A DNA stretch of 59,163 nucleotides from positions 1 through 59,163 of the forward strand of contig DATMHT010000404.1 of NCBI GenBank assembly GCA_035554795.1. Direction: 5' to 3'. Source of the stretch: Gemmatimonadaceae bacterium. Lineage in GTDB: Bacteria; Gemmatimonadota; Gemmatimonadetes; Gemmatimonadales; Gemmatimonadaceae. Below are positions 19,055-27,396 of the stretch, in pieces. The position numbers and the translations under genes are program-made. Position 1 is the stretch's first letter. Each line of letters begins with the position of its first letter. Under the pieces are notes generated by a model. That model searched no databases and was not told the DNA's origin. It saw nothing but the letters and a program-made list of their open reading frames with translations.

Positions 19055-20374
19055 ATGACGACGGTGATGATCGAGGCGGCTGGCCTCGGCAAGCGGTATC
19101 GCATCGGCGCGTTCCGCGGCCGACCGGGCAGCGAGAACCTTCGCGACGCCCTCGTGAGCGCGGCGCTGGCGCCGGCGCGGAACCTCCGCCGCCTGCGGGG
19201 CCTCGCCGATCCGGCGCGGCGCAGCGCCGACCCGTTGGTGTGGGCGCTCCGCGACGTGTCGTTCGAGGTCCGGGAGGGCGAGGTCCTCGGCATCATCGGG
19301 CGCAACGGCGCGGGCAAGAGCACGCTGCTCAAGATCCTGACGCGCGTCACGCAGCCGAGCGAAGGGCACGCGGACGTCTGGGGCCGCGTCGGCTCGCTGC
19401 TCGAGGTCGGGACGGGGTTTCACCCCGAGCTCACCGGGCGCGACAACGTGTACCTGAACGGCGCGGTGCTCGGGATGGACCGCGCCTACATCCGCCGCCG
19501 CTTCGACGAGATCGTGGAGTTCGCCGGCATCGGCGCGTACCTCGACACACCCGTCAAGCGCTACTCGAGCGGCATGTACGTCCGCCTCGCCTTCGCCGTC
19601 GCGGCCCATCTCGAGCCGGAGATCATGATCGTCGACGAGGTGCTCGCGGTCGGCGACGCGGAGTTCCAGCGCAAGTGCCTGGCGAAGATGGAAGACATCG
19701 CCCACGGCGGGCGCACGGTGCTCTTCGTCAGCCACAACCTGCCCTCGGTCCAGCGGCTCTGCCCGCGCGCGATCATGCTGCAGGCCGGCCGGATCGTCGC
19801 CGACGGGCCGACCGCGGAGGTCGTCGACAGTTACCTGACGGGCGGTGCTGGGCACGAAGCGTATCCGGGGCACTGGATAGACCTCACGCAGGCGGCCCGG
19901 ACCGGCTCCGGCGTCGCGCGCTTCACGGCGGCTCGCTTCAGCAGCGGGAGCGCCCGGCATCAGCTGCAGCCGTTCACGCATGGCCGCCTGGAATTCACGC
20001 TGACGGCGGCGTCGGATGCGCCGCGCGACGTCAACCTTTCGGTCAGCATCTGGAACCAGAGCGGGACGAAGCTGATCAACGCCGACACGACCACCCTGGA
20101 GCGCATGGTCGCGTTGCGGCACGGGACGAACAGCTGCCGCTTCACCATCGAGCGCCTCTACCTCAAGCCCGGCGTGTACGTGGTCGGGTTCTGGCTCGGC
20201 GACCGCGTCGGAGAGACGCTGGACCGGATCGAGTCGGCGTTCCGCATCGAGGTCGTGGACGCCCACCCGGAGCGGCCCGGCGTCCGCCTCGACTCGCGCT
20301 ACGACGGCCCGGTGGCGTGTCCATTCGAGGTCGTGGAGGTCCCGGAGCGGGAGGTAGAGTCGTGCGCGAGCTGA
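19055..20374 (+). CDS. wzt: ABC polysaccharide exporter ATPase with C-terminal extension (Wzt-like)
   Basis: 439 aa. Walker A GRNGAGKST, signature YSSGM, Walker B IMIVDE. About 190 extra C-terminal residues resemble the Wzt C-terminal glycan-binding domain in size and position. Confidence 0.85.
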   Translation: MTTVMIEAAGLGKRYRIGAFRGRPGSENLRDALVSAALAPARNLRRLRGLADPARRSADPLVWALRDVSFEVREGEVLGIIGRNGAGKSTLLKILTRVTQPSEGHADVWGRVGSLLEVGTGFHPELTGRDNVYLNGAVLGMDRAYIRRRFDEIVEFAGIGAYLDTPVKRYSSGMYVRLAFAVAAHLEPEIMIVDEVLAVGDAEFQRKCLAKMEDIAHGGRTVLFVSHNLPSVQRLCPRAIMLQAGRIVADGPTAEVVDSYLTGGAGHEAYPGHWIDLTQAARTGSGVARFTAARFSSGSARHQLQPFTHGRLEFTLTAASDAPRDVNLSVSIWNQSGTKLINADTTTLERMVALRHGTNSCRFTIERLYLKPGVYVVGFWLGDRVGETLDRIESAFRIEVVDAHPERPGVRLDSRYDGPVACPFEVVEVPEREVESCAS

Positions 20375-21819
20375 GCGTGATCATCCCGACCTACAACGGC
20401 GCCGCGCGCCTCCGCCGGTGCCTGGAAAGCTTCGGCAGGCAGACGCTGCCGGCCGAACGCTTCGAGGTCGTCGTGGTGCTCGACGGCTCGACCGACGAGA
20501 CCGCGCGCATGCTGGCGGACAGCGACACGCCCTTCGCGCTGGCGGTGATCGAGCAGCGGAACCAGGGGGCGGCGGCCGCGCGCAATGCGGGAGCCGCCGC
20601 CGCCCGCGGCAGGTACTGTGTGTTCGTGGACGACGACATCGTGGCCTCGCCGGAGCTGCTCGCCGAGCATCTCCGAGTGCAGCGCGACCGGCGCGGCGTG
20701 GCGGGGCTGGGCGCCATCCCGACCGTGGTCGCGGCCGACGCCGGGTGGCTGCCGCGTCGCGTTGCGGAAGATTTCAACGCGCACTACGCGAGGCTGGCCA
20801 GCGGCGCGCGCGCCCCGTCCTGGCGCGTTTGCTACGGCGGCAACCTGTCCGTGCCGCGCGCCGCATTCCGCGCGGTCGGTGGGTTCGCGTGCGACATGCG
20901 TCGCGGGCACGACGTGGAGCTCGGCTACCGGCTCGCGGAGTACGGGCTCGAGTTCGCGTACATCGCCGGGGCGGCGGGCACGCAGGAGCTGAGTAAGCGC
21001 GGCCGTGCCCTGTATTCCGACTTCGAGCACTACGGAGTCGCGGCCGTCGAGATCTTTCGCCGGCATCCACAGACGCTGCCGGAGGTGATTCCCGACTTCG
21101 GCGCGCCGGGCGCTGGCCCGGTGTGGCTGCGGCGTCTTCTGCTGGCGACGGAGATTCCACCACACGTTATCGGGACGGTCGTCGGCGCGCTCGCAGACGA
21201 GGAACGCTGGAGCCGGGCCTGGTACCGCCTCGTGCACCACTACTGCTACTGGCGCGGCGTGCGGCGAGCTCTGGCCGATCCCGGGAGCTGGTGGCAGCTG
21301 ACCCACGGCACCCCGGTCCTCGTCTATCGGGCGCTCGGGGCGGCAGGTCAGCCGGTGGAGCGCGATCGGGTTCCGCTCGCCCACTTCGCACGCCAGCTCG
21401 CCTGGCTGAAGCGGGCCGGGTACCGCGTACTCGGCCTGGAGCAGTATCGGCAGTTCCGGCGCGAACACCGCCTCCCCCCTCGTCGGTCCGTGGTCATCGT
21501 GCTCGGTGACGGCTGTGCCGACAGCTGCTCGCTGGCGGATGCCGTGCTGCGCCGACACGGCTATTCTGCGGCGGCTCTCCTGGCCGGTGGCGACGTCAGC
21601 GGAGAAGACGCGACGGTGGTGATCCCTCCGTCGCGGAGCGGAGTGAATAACCACCGGACGCCGCCGCAGGCTCTGCAGCCCACGGAGATCCACGGTACGG
21701 ATTCCCTCGTGCGGTTCGCATGGAAGGTGGCGCGTGCGAGCGGGAGTCTGCCACAGCCCGGGGCGAGGAGCTCGTTCCTGCACCTGGTCCGGCGGCGCAG
21801 CCTGCAGGTAGCGCGATGA
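20362..21819 (+). CDS. family-2 glycosyltransferase fused to a truncated, degenerate NodB-like segment
   Basis: GTG at 20362, a 13-nt overlap with wzt. SVIIPTYNG...VVVLDGSTDET...FVDDD GT-A motifs. C-terminal ~120 aa align to the N-terminal half of the NodB deacetylase at 27397 (VPLAHFARQLAWLKRAGYRVLGLE / SVVIVLGDGCADS vs VTPRAFAAQMRWLALAGYTPVGLD / PVVITFDDGFASC), with FDDG changed to LGDG. Confidence 0.75.
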   Translation: MRELSVIIPTYNGAARLRRCLESFGRQTLPAERFEVVVVLDGSTDETARMLADSDTPFALAVIEQRNQGAAAARNAGAAAARGRYCVFVDDDIVASPELLAEHLRVQRDRRGVAGLGAIPTVVAADAGWLPRRVAEDFNAHYARLASGARAPSWRVCYGGNLSVPRAAFRAVGGFACDMRRGHDVELGYRLAEYGLEFAYIAGAAGTQELSKRGRALYSDFEHYGVAAVEIFRRHPQTLPEVIPDFGAPGAGPVWLRRLLLATEIPPHVIGTVVGALADEERWSRAWYRLVHHYCYWRGVRRALADPGSWWQLTHGTPVLVYRALGAAGQPVERDRVPLAHFARQLAWLKRAGYRVLGLEQYRQFRREHRLPPRRSVVIVLGDGCADSCSLADAVLRRHGYSAAALLAGGDVSGEDATVVIPPSRSGVNNHRTPPQALQPTEIHGTDSLVRFAWKVARASGSLPQPGARSSFLHLVRRRSLQVAR

Positions 21820-23213
21820 GCACCCTCGAGCTGCCTGACACCGGGCGCCTCCGGCGGGAGAACGAAAGCACGGAGACAGGGCTGCGCGGCCAGCGGCCGA
21901 CGGTGGCCCTGATGCCCTGGGGTATCCTCGACGACTTCATCGAGCCCCTCGGCATCTCGCTCGAAGCGTTCTGCCGCGAGTTCACGGGCAGCTACGCATT
22001 CGGCTATGCCGACGCGCTGCAGCAGGCGGGCGTTCGCGTCGTGCTGATCTACGTCTCCCGTCGGATCACCTCGCCCATCCGCTGCAGACACGGCGCTACC
22101 GGAGCGACCCTCTGCATTCTACCGGCGCCCCGGATCTATCGCGCATTGCGTCGGCGTGTCCGCGCGCCGCGCGCGCGCACCGTGCGCGGCATGTTCGGCG
22201 CACTGACGGGGTTCCGGCGCCTCCTCTTTCCGGCGCTGGCGGTGCTGCGGGAGACGATCCTCTACCTCGAGACGCCGGTCCGGAGCCTCGCCGCGGAGCT
22301 CCGTCGCGAGAGGTGCACCGCCCTCCTTTGCCAGGAGTACGAGTACCCCCGCTTCGACGTGTGCGCCGCGCTGGGCCGCCTGCTTCGTCTGCCGGTCTTC
22401 GCCACCTTCCAGGGAGGCGATTACCAACGAAGCCGGATCGAGGCGTACCTTCGGCCGATTACGGTCCGTGGTTGCGCGGGGCTGATCATCGCCAGTCGAG
22501 CAGAAGCGACCAGGGTGCGGGCTCGCTACGGCGTGTCCCCGGCGAGGATCGCCGCGGTCGCGAACCCGATCGACCCGACGGTGTGGCGCCCCTTCGACCG
22601 CGGCGCCGCGCGCGACAGGCTGAGTATTCCCGCCGCGGCGCGCGTGGTCGCCTGGCACGGCCGCGTGTCGATGTGGAAGAAGGGTCTCGACGTCCTGCTC
22701 GACGCCTGGAGGCTGCTCCGCACCGAGGTCGCCGGGGACCTCCGCCTGATCCTGGTGGGAACTGGCGTGGACGCGGACCGCCTGCGCCGGATGCTCGGGG
22801 ATCCCGCCGGCCAGGGCATCATTTGGATCGACGACTTTCTCCAGGATCGTGACGCCGTTCGGCAGTACCTCGCCGCCGCCGACGTGTACGCCTTTCCCTC
22901 GCGCCACGAGGGATTCCCGGTCGCACCCATCGAGGCCATGGCCTGCGGGCTCCCGATCGCCGCCGCGGATGCGCGCGGGGTCGCCGACATCCTCGCCGAC
23001 GGCGAAGCGTCGGGCGGGGTGATGGTGCCGCGCGAGGATCCTCGCGCACTCGCCCGCGCCCTCCGCCGCTTCGTGGAGGACGAGCAGTGGTGTCGGCGGA
23101 TGGGAGACCGGGCTCGTCACAACGTGCTCACCCGCTTTTCCACCGAGGCGGTCGGCGGTCAGCTGCGCGCGGTACTCTGTCCATCCGATCGGGAGACTGC
23201 CCGTGCCGTCTGA
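21816..23213 (+). CDS. family-4 (GT-B, Glycos_transf_1) glycosyltransferase
   Basis: ATG at 21816 (ATGA overlap). C-terminal E-x7-E region SRHEGFPVAPIEAMACGLP. Confidence 0.8.
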   Translation: MSTLELPDTGRLRRENESTETGLRGQRPTVALMPWGILDDFIEPLGISLEAFCREFTGSYAFGYADALQQAGVRVVLIYVSRRITSPIRCRHGATGATLCILPAPRIYRALRRRVRAPRARTVRGMFGALTGFRRLLFPALAVLRETILYLETPVRSLAAELRRERCTALLCQEYEYPRFDVCAALGRLLRLPVFATFQGGDYQRSRIEAYLRPITVRGCAGLIIASRAEATRVRARYGVSPARIAAVANPIDPTVWRPFDRGAARDRLSIPAAARVVAWHGRVSMWKKGLDVLLDAWRLLRTEVAGDLRLILVGTGVDADRLRRMLGDPAGQGIIWIDDFLQDRDAVRQYLAAADVYAFPSRHEGFPVAPIEAMACGLPIAAADARGVADILADGEASGGVMVPREDPRALARALRRFVEDEQWCRRMGDRARHNVLTRFSTEAVGGQLRAVLCPSDRETARAV

Positions 23214-23241
23214 AGCCGTGCCCGGAACGGCAGGAAGCGGC

Positions 23242-24225
23242 ATGACGGGACGGCCACTCGTCTCGGTAGTCGTGCCGTTTTTCGACAGCGCCGCGTTTCT
23301 CGAGGAGTGCATCGAGAGCGTCCTCGGGCAGACGTACACGCGCTGGGAGCTGCTGTTGGTCGACGATGGGGCGACCGACGGGAGCACCGCGATCGCGCAG
23401 CGCTACGCCGCGCGCAACCCGGGGCGGGTGACATATCTGACGCACCCCGAGCGGGCGAACCGCGGCGTGAGCGGCTCGCGCAATCTCGGACTGCGTCGGG
23501 CTCAGGGCGAATTCATCGCCTTCCTCGACGCGGACGACGTGTGGGTGCCGGAGAAGTTGGAGGAGCAGGTCACCTGTCTCGAGCAGCACCCCGACGCGGT
23601 CATGGTCTACGGCAGCATGCGGTACTGGTACTCCTGGACCGGCGCACCGGAAGACGCGGCGCGTGACCACGTGCCCGACCAGGGCGGCTCGCCCGGCACG
23701 GTGTCGCCGCCGCCACAGCTGCTGGTCGGCATACTCGAGGGATCCGCGCGGGCGCCGCTGCCGTCGGACGCGCTGCTGCGCCTCTCCACCGTGCGCGAAG
23801 TCGGAGGCTTCGAGGAGGAGCGCAAGTTCTCGGTCTACGAAGACCGGGTGTTCTTCGTCAAGATAGCGTTGAGTGGCGGGGTATTTCTCGCCCCTCGATG
23901 CTGGGTCAAGTACCGCCAGCACGAGAACTCGAGCAGCTCCGTCGTCGACCGGACGGCGAAGCGAGCGGAGGCTCGGCGGGCGTACCTCGTCTGGCTCGAC
24001 CACTACCTCTCGGAGCAGGGCTATCGGGGGACCCGACTGTGGTCGCTCGCGCATTCGCGCTCGCGGCCGCCTCGGCACCCGCTCACGTCGTGGGCGCTCC
24101 ACCAGCTGCAGCGCGGCCGGCGCGCCGCGCTGGCCTGCAAGCGCCGAGTGCAGACGGGAGTATTCCGGCACAAGGCGTCACTCGCGGGCGCCGCGGACGG
24201 CTCCTCGCAGCGAGGCGCATCATGA
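23242..24225 (+). CDS. family-2 glycosyltransferase
   Basis: VSVVVPFFDSAAFLEECIESVLGQTY, LLLVDDGATDGS and AFLDADD motifs. ATG 23242 is preceded by AGGAAG. GTG 23203 is an alternative start overlapping the upstream gene. Confidence 0.8.
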   Translation: MTGRPLVSVVVPFFDSAAFLEECIESVLGQTYTRWELLLVDDGATDGSTAIAQRYAARNPGRVTYLTHPERANRGVSGSRNLGLRRAQGEFIAFLDADDVWVPEKLEEQVTCLEQHPDAVMVYGSMRYWYSWTGAPEDAARDHVPDQGGSPGTVSPPPQLLVGILEGSARAPLPSDALLRLSTVREVGGFEEERKFSVYEDRVFFVKIALSGGVFLAPRCWVKYRQHENSSSSVVDRTAKRAEARRAYLVWLDHYLSEQGYRGTRLWSLAHSRSRPPRHPLTSWALHQLQRGRRAALACKRRVQTGVFRHKASLAGAADGSSQRGAS

Positions 24226-25013
24226 CGCTGCGCAGCAGGGCGAAACACGTCGCCGAGAGCGTCCTCCCGCTCGGCGCGTACGCGTGGCTCCGCAGCCGAG
24301 TGGGGGACGGAGAGTACTCCCCTCCCGCGCGGCGCGTGCGGTTCGGCGACCTTCGCCGCCTCACGCCGATCAGCCGCCGGTGGGGGAAGGACCGGGGCGG
24401 CACGCCGATCGATCGCTACTACATGGAGCGCTTCCTCGGGGCGCACGCCGCCGACATCCGTGGCCGCGTCCTCGAAGTCGGCGACGACAGCTACACGCGC
24501 CGTTTCGGCGGCGAGGCCGTCGACCGGCGTGACGTGCTGCACGTCGTCCCGGGTAACCCGGCGGCAACGATCGTCGCCGATCTCGCGCAGGGCGACGCCA
24601 TCCCGACGGCTGCCTTCGACTGCGTCATCCTCACGCAGGTTCTTCAGTTCCTGATCGATCCGCAGGCGGCCGTCCGCACCGTGCGTCGCATCCTCAAGCC
24701 CGGTGGCGTGGTGCTGGCCACGGTCGCCGGCATCAGCCAGATCAGCCGCTGGGACATGAAGCGTTGGGGCGAGTACTGGCGGTTCACGACGTGTTCTGCC
24801 GAGCGGCTCTTCGCCGTCGCGTTTCCGCCGGACCACCTGTCCGTCGAGGCACACGGCAACGTGCTCTCGGCGATCGCCTTCCTGCACGGCCTGGCGGCGG
24901 AGGAGCTCCGCCCGTCGGAGCTGGACTACCGCGACGCCGATTACGAGATGCTCATCACCGTGCGGGCGCGAAAGCCCGAGAGCGCGGAGGGTGAGCGGGG
25001 CGGCGCGCCATGA
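24222..25013 (+). CDS. class I SAM-dependent methyltransferase
   Basis: 263 aa with ATGA overlap. RVLEVGDDSY (motif I-like), FDCVILTQVLQF and ILKPGGVVL are typical of the Methyltransf_11-type fold. Confidence 0.7.
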   Translation: MTLRSRAKHVAESVLPLGAYAWLRSRVGDGEYSPPARRVRFGDLRRLTPISRRWGKDRGGTPIDRYYMERFLGAHAADIRGRVLEVGDDSYTRRFGGEAVDRRDVLHVVPGNPAATIVADLAQGDAIPTAAFDCVILTQVLQFLIDPQAAVRTVRRILKPGGVVLATVAGISQISRWDMKRWGEYWRFTTCSAERLFAVAFPPDHLSVEAHGNVLSAIAFLHGLAAEELRPSELDYRDADYEMLITVRARKPESAEGERGGAP

Positions 25014-25033
25014 CTCGCCGAGCCGATATCCCG
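25002..25033 (+). repeat. direct repeat copy 1 (methyltransferase stop / remnant deacetylase start junction)
   Basis: GGCGCGCCATGACTCGCCGAGCCGATATCCCG is 30/32 identical to 27401-27432. The embedded ATG (25010) opens only a 36-codon ORF (MTRRADIPKR...). Confidence 0.85.
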
Positions 25034-25241
25034 AAGCGTTGCTCGATGAGCGCGTGCAACTCGAAGCCGCGACACGAGAGACGACGTGGACGACGTGGAC
25101 GACTTCGAGGACTTACATAGTCGACGACGGTTCCACTCGGCGCCCGCTGTGGGGCGCCGGTGCTGCATGGAGCGGGACCGGGTGAATCCGTCCGCATCCG
25201 CAGGCATGGCTGTACCGCAGGCCAAATTCGTGGAGTTCAAG

Positions 25242-27323
25242 ATGTCTGTGCAACCGCCGCGGCCTCGCCGGACCTCGCCGCCTGGATTCATGGCCGTCGC
25301 GGCGATTGCCCTGCTCGTCGCCGCCTGCGACCCCCAGCGTCTCACCGGTCCGGGTGACGGCCCCAGGCCGCCGAGAGTTCAAGCCGCGCTGGCGGCGGGA
25401 TCACCGACGTCCATCGACGTCTTCATCCACGCCCACCAGGACGACTGGCAGTTGTTCATGGGCGACAGGGTGTACCACGCGCTCCAGAACGGCGATCGAA
25501 TCGTGTTCGTGTACGCCACCGCTGGCGACGCGGGCCGCGAGCAGCTCTACTGGGAGACGCGGGAGGCGGCGGTGCAGGCATCCGTCGACTCGATCGCCGG
25601 CCCCGGCGCCTGGTCCTGCGCCACCCAGACGATCTCCACGCATCCGATCCGGCGCTGCACGAAGGCGAACACCGTCAGCTACTACATGCGCATGCCGGGC
25701 GGCAACGGCTCGGACGGGCTGGGCTACGGAAAGGGCAGCCTGGAGCGGCTACGCGACAGTGCGCAGGCCACGACCGCGATCGACGGGTCGACGACGTACC
25801 AGACGTGGAGCGACTTCTACACCACCGTCGGCCGGATCGTCGAGTTCGAATCCAGTGACCCGCTGCTCGCATCCGTCAAAGTCCATGCGCCGGACTACAG
25901 CCGTACGCTCAACCCGAATGACCACCCGGATCACTGGGTGACCGCGGACGCCGTCCAGGCCGCGGCCGCGCCGCGCGGCTGGAGCATGTCGTGGTACGTG
26001 GATTACGAGACGCGCAACAAGTCCATCAACCTGAGCACCGCCGACCACGACATCAAGCAGAAGGAGTTCTACGCGTACGACGACGTGATGTACGCGGCCG
26101 GATACGAGACGCTGAAGAGCGACTCGTGGTACCAGGCGTGGCTCTGGCGCACCTACCTGCGGGTCGTCCAGCCCGGCGCGCCGAGCGCCCCGTCGAGCCT
26201 GAGCGCGACGGCCGCGTCCACGTCGCAGATCGACCTCGTGTGGCGGGACAACTCGGGTAACGAGAGCGGCTTCAAGATCGAGCGCGCCCCGGACGTCAAC
26301 GGCGCCCCCGGCACCTACGCGCAGATCGCGGTCGTGGGAACGAACGTGACCGGCTACAGCGACACCGGCCTGGACGCCGGCACCAGGTACTGGTACCGCG
26401 TCCGCGCGTACAACGGTGCGGGCAACTCCGGGTATTCGAACGCGGCATCTGCCACCACCACCGTCCTGGCGGGGCCGCCTGCCGCGCCGTCGAACCTCGC
26501 GGCCACGGCGCTCTCCTCGGCCGAGATCGGCCTGACCTGGACGGACAACGCCGCGAACGAGACGGAGTACCGGGTGCATCGGAGCACCACGGCGGGCTTC
26601 ACTCCGGACGCGACCAATCAGATCGCGACGCTGGCCGCCGGCAGCACCTCGTACGACGACAGCGGCGTGACCCCGTCGACCACCTACTACTACCGCGTGG
26701 TCGCCGCGAACTCCGCCGGCACCGCGGCGAGCAACGAAGCGAGTGCGACCACTCCGGCCGCCCTGCAGCTACCCTCCGCACCGACGAATCTCGTCGCGAC
26801 GGCTGCGTCCACGTCGCAGATCGACCTCGCATGGAATGACAACGCGAGCAACGAGAGCGGCTTCAGGATCGAGCGCGCCCCGGACGTCGGCGGCGTCCCC
26901 GGCACGTACGCGGAGGTCGCGGTCGTCGGAGCGAACGTGACCGGTTACAGCGACGCGGGCCTCGCCGCCGGCACGCGCTACTGGTACCGCGTCCGCGCGT
27001 ACAACACGGACGGCAACTCGGCGTACTCGAATGCCGTCGCGGCCCGCACGAACGACGTGCCGCCCAGCAACCTGACGGTGGTCCGGTCCAGCAGCGGCGC
27101 GAAGGCCAAGGGATCGAACAAGGCCCAGCTGAGCTGGACGAAGGGCACGGCGCCCAGCGTGGACCTCTGGCGCAACGGCAGCAGGATCGCCGCGGGCACC
27201 GGCAACTCCGGCTCCTACAGCGACAACCTCGGCAACAAGGTGGGCACCTTCAGCTATCAGGTGTGCCTTGCCGGGAAGACCGGCACCGCCAACTGCAGCA
27301 ACGCCGCCCAGGTGACGTTCTAG
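25242..27323 (+). CDS. secreted PIG-L/LmbE-family deacetylase-like lipoprotein with three fibronectin type III repeats
   Basis: Lipobox LLVAAC after the ATG at 25242. IHAHQDDW and NDHPDHW motifs of the LmbE/PIG-L fold. Three FN3-like repeats (LVWRDNSGNESGFKIER...RYWYRVRAYN, and two more). Confidence 0.8.
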   Translation: MSVQPPRPRRTSPPGFMAVAAIALLVAACDPQRLTGPGDGPRPPRVQAALAAGSPTSIDVFIHAHQDDWQLFMGDRVYHALQNGDRIVFVYATAGDAGREQLYWETREAAVQASVDSIAGPGAWSCATQTISTHPIRRCTKANTVSYYMRMPGGNGSDGLGYGKGSLERLRDSAQATTAIDGSTTYQTWSDFYTTVGRIVEFESSDPLLASVKVHAPDYSRTLNPNDHPDHWVTADAVQAAAAPRGWSMSWYVDYETRNKSINLSTADHDIKQKEFYAYDDVMYAAGYETLKSDSWYQAWLWRTYLRVVQPGAPSAPSSLSATAASTSQIDLVWRDNSGNESGFKIERAPDVNGAPGTYAQIAVVGTNVTGYSDTGLDAGTRYWYRVRAYNGAGNSGYSNAASATTTVLAGPPAAPSNLAATALSSAEIGLTWTDNAANETEYRVHRSTTAGFTPDATNQIATLAAGSTSYDDSGVTPSTTYYYRVVAANSAGTAASNEASATTPAALQLPSAPTNLVATAASTSQIDLAWNDNASNESGFRIERAPDVGGVPGTYAEVAVVGANVTGYSDAGLAAGTRYWYRVRAYNTDGNSAYSNAVAARTNDVPPSNLTVVRSSSGAKAKGSNKAQLSWTKGTAPSVDLWRNGSRIAAGTGNSGSYSDNLGNKVGTFSYQVCLAGKTGTANCSNAAQVTF

Positions 27324-27396
27324 TGAGAGCCATGCTCCGGTTCTCGTCGCCCCGCCGTCCGGCGGCGCAGTCGAAGCACACCGCAAGGGGTGAAGG

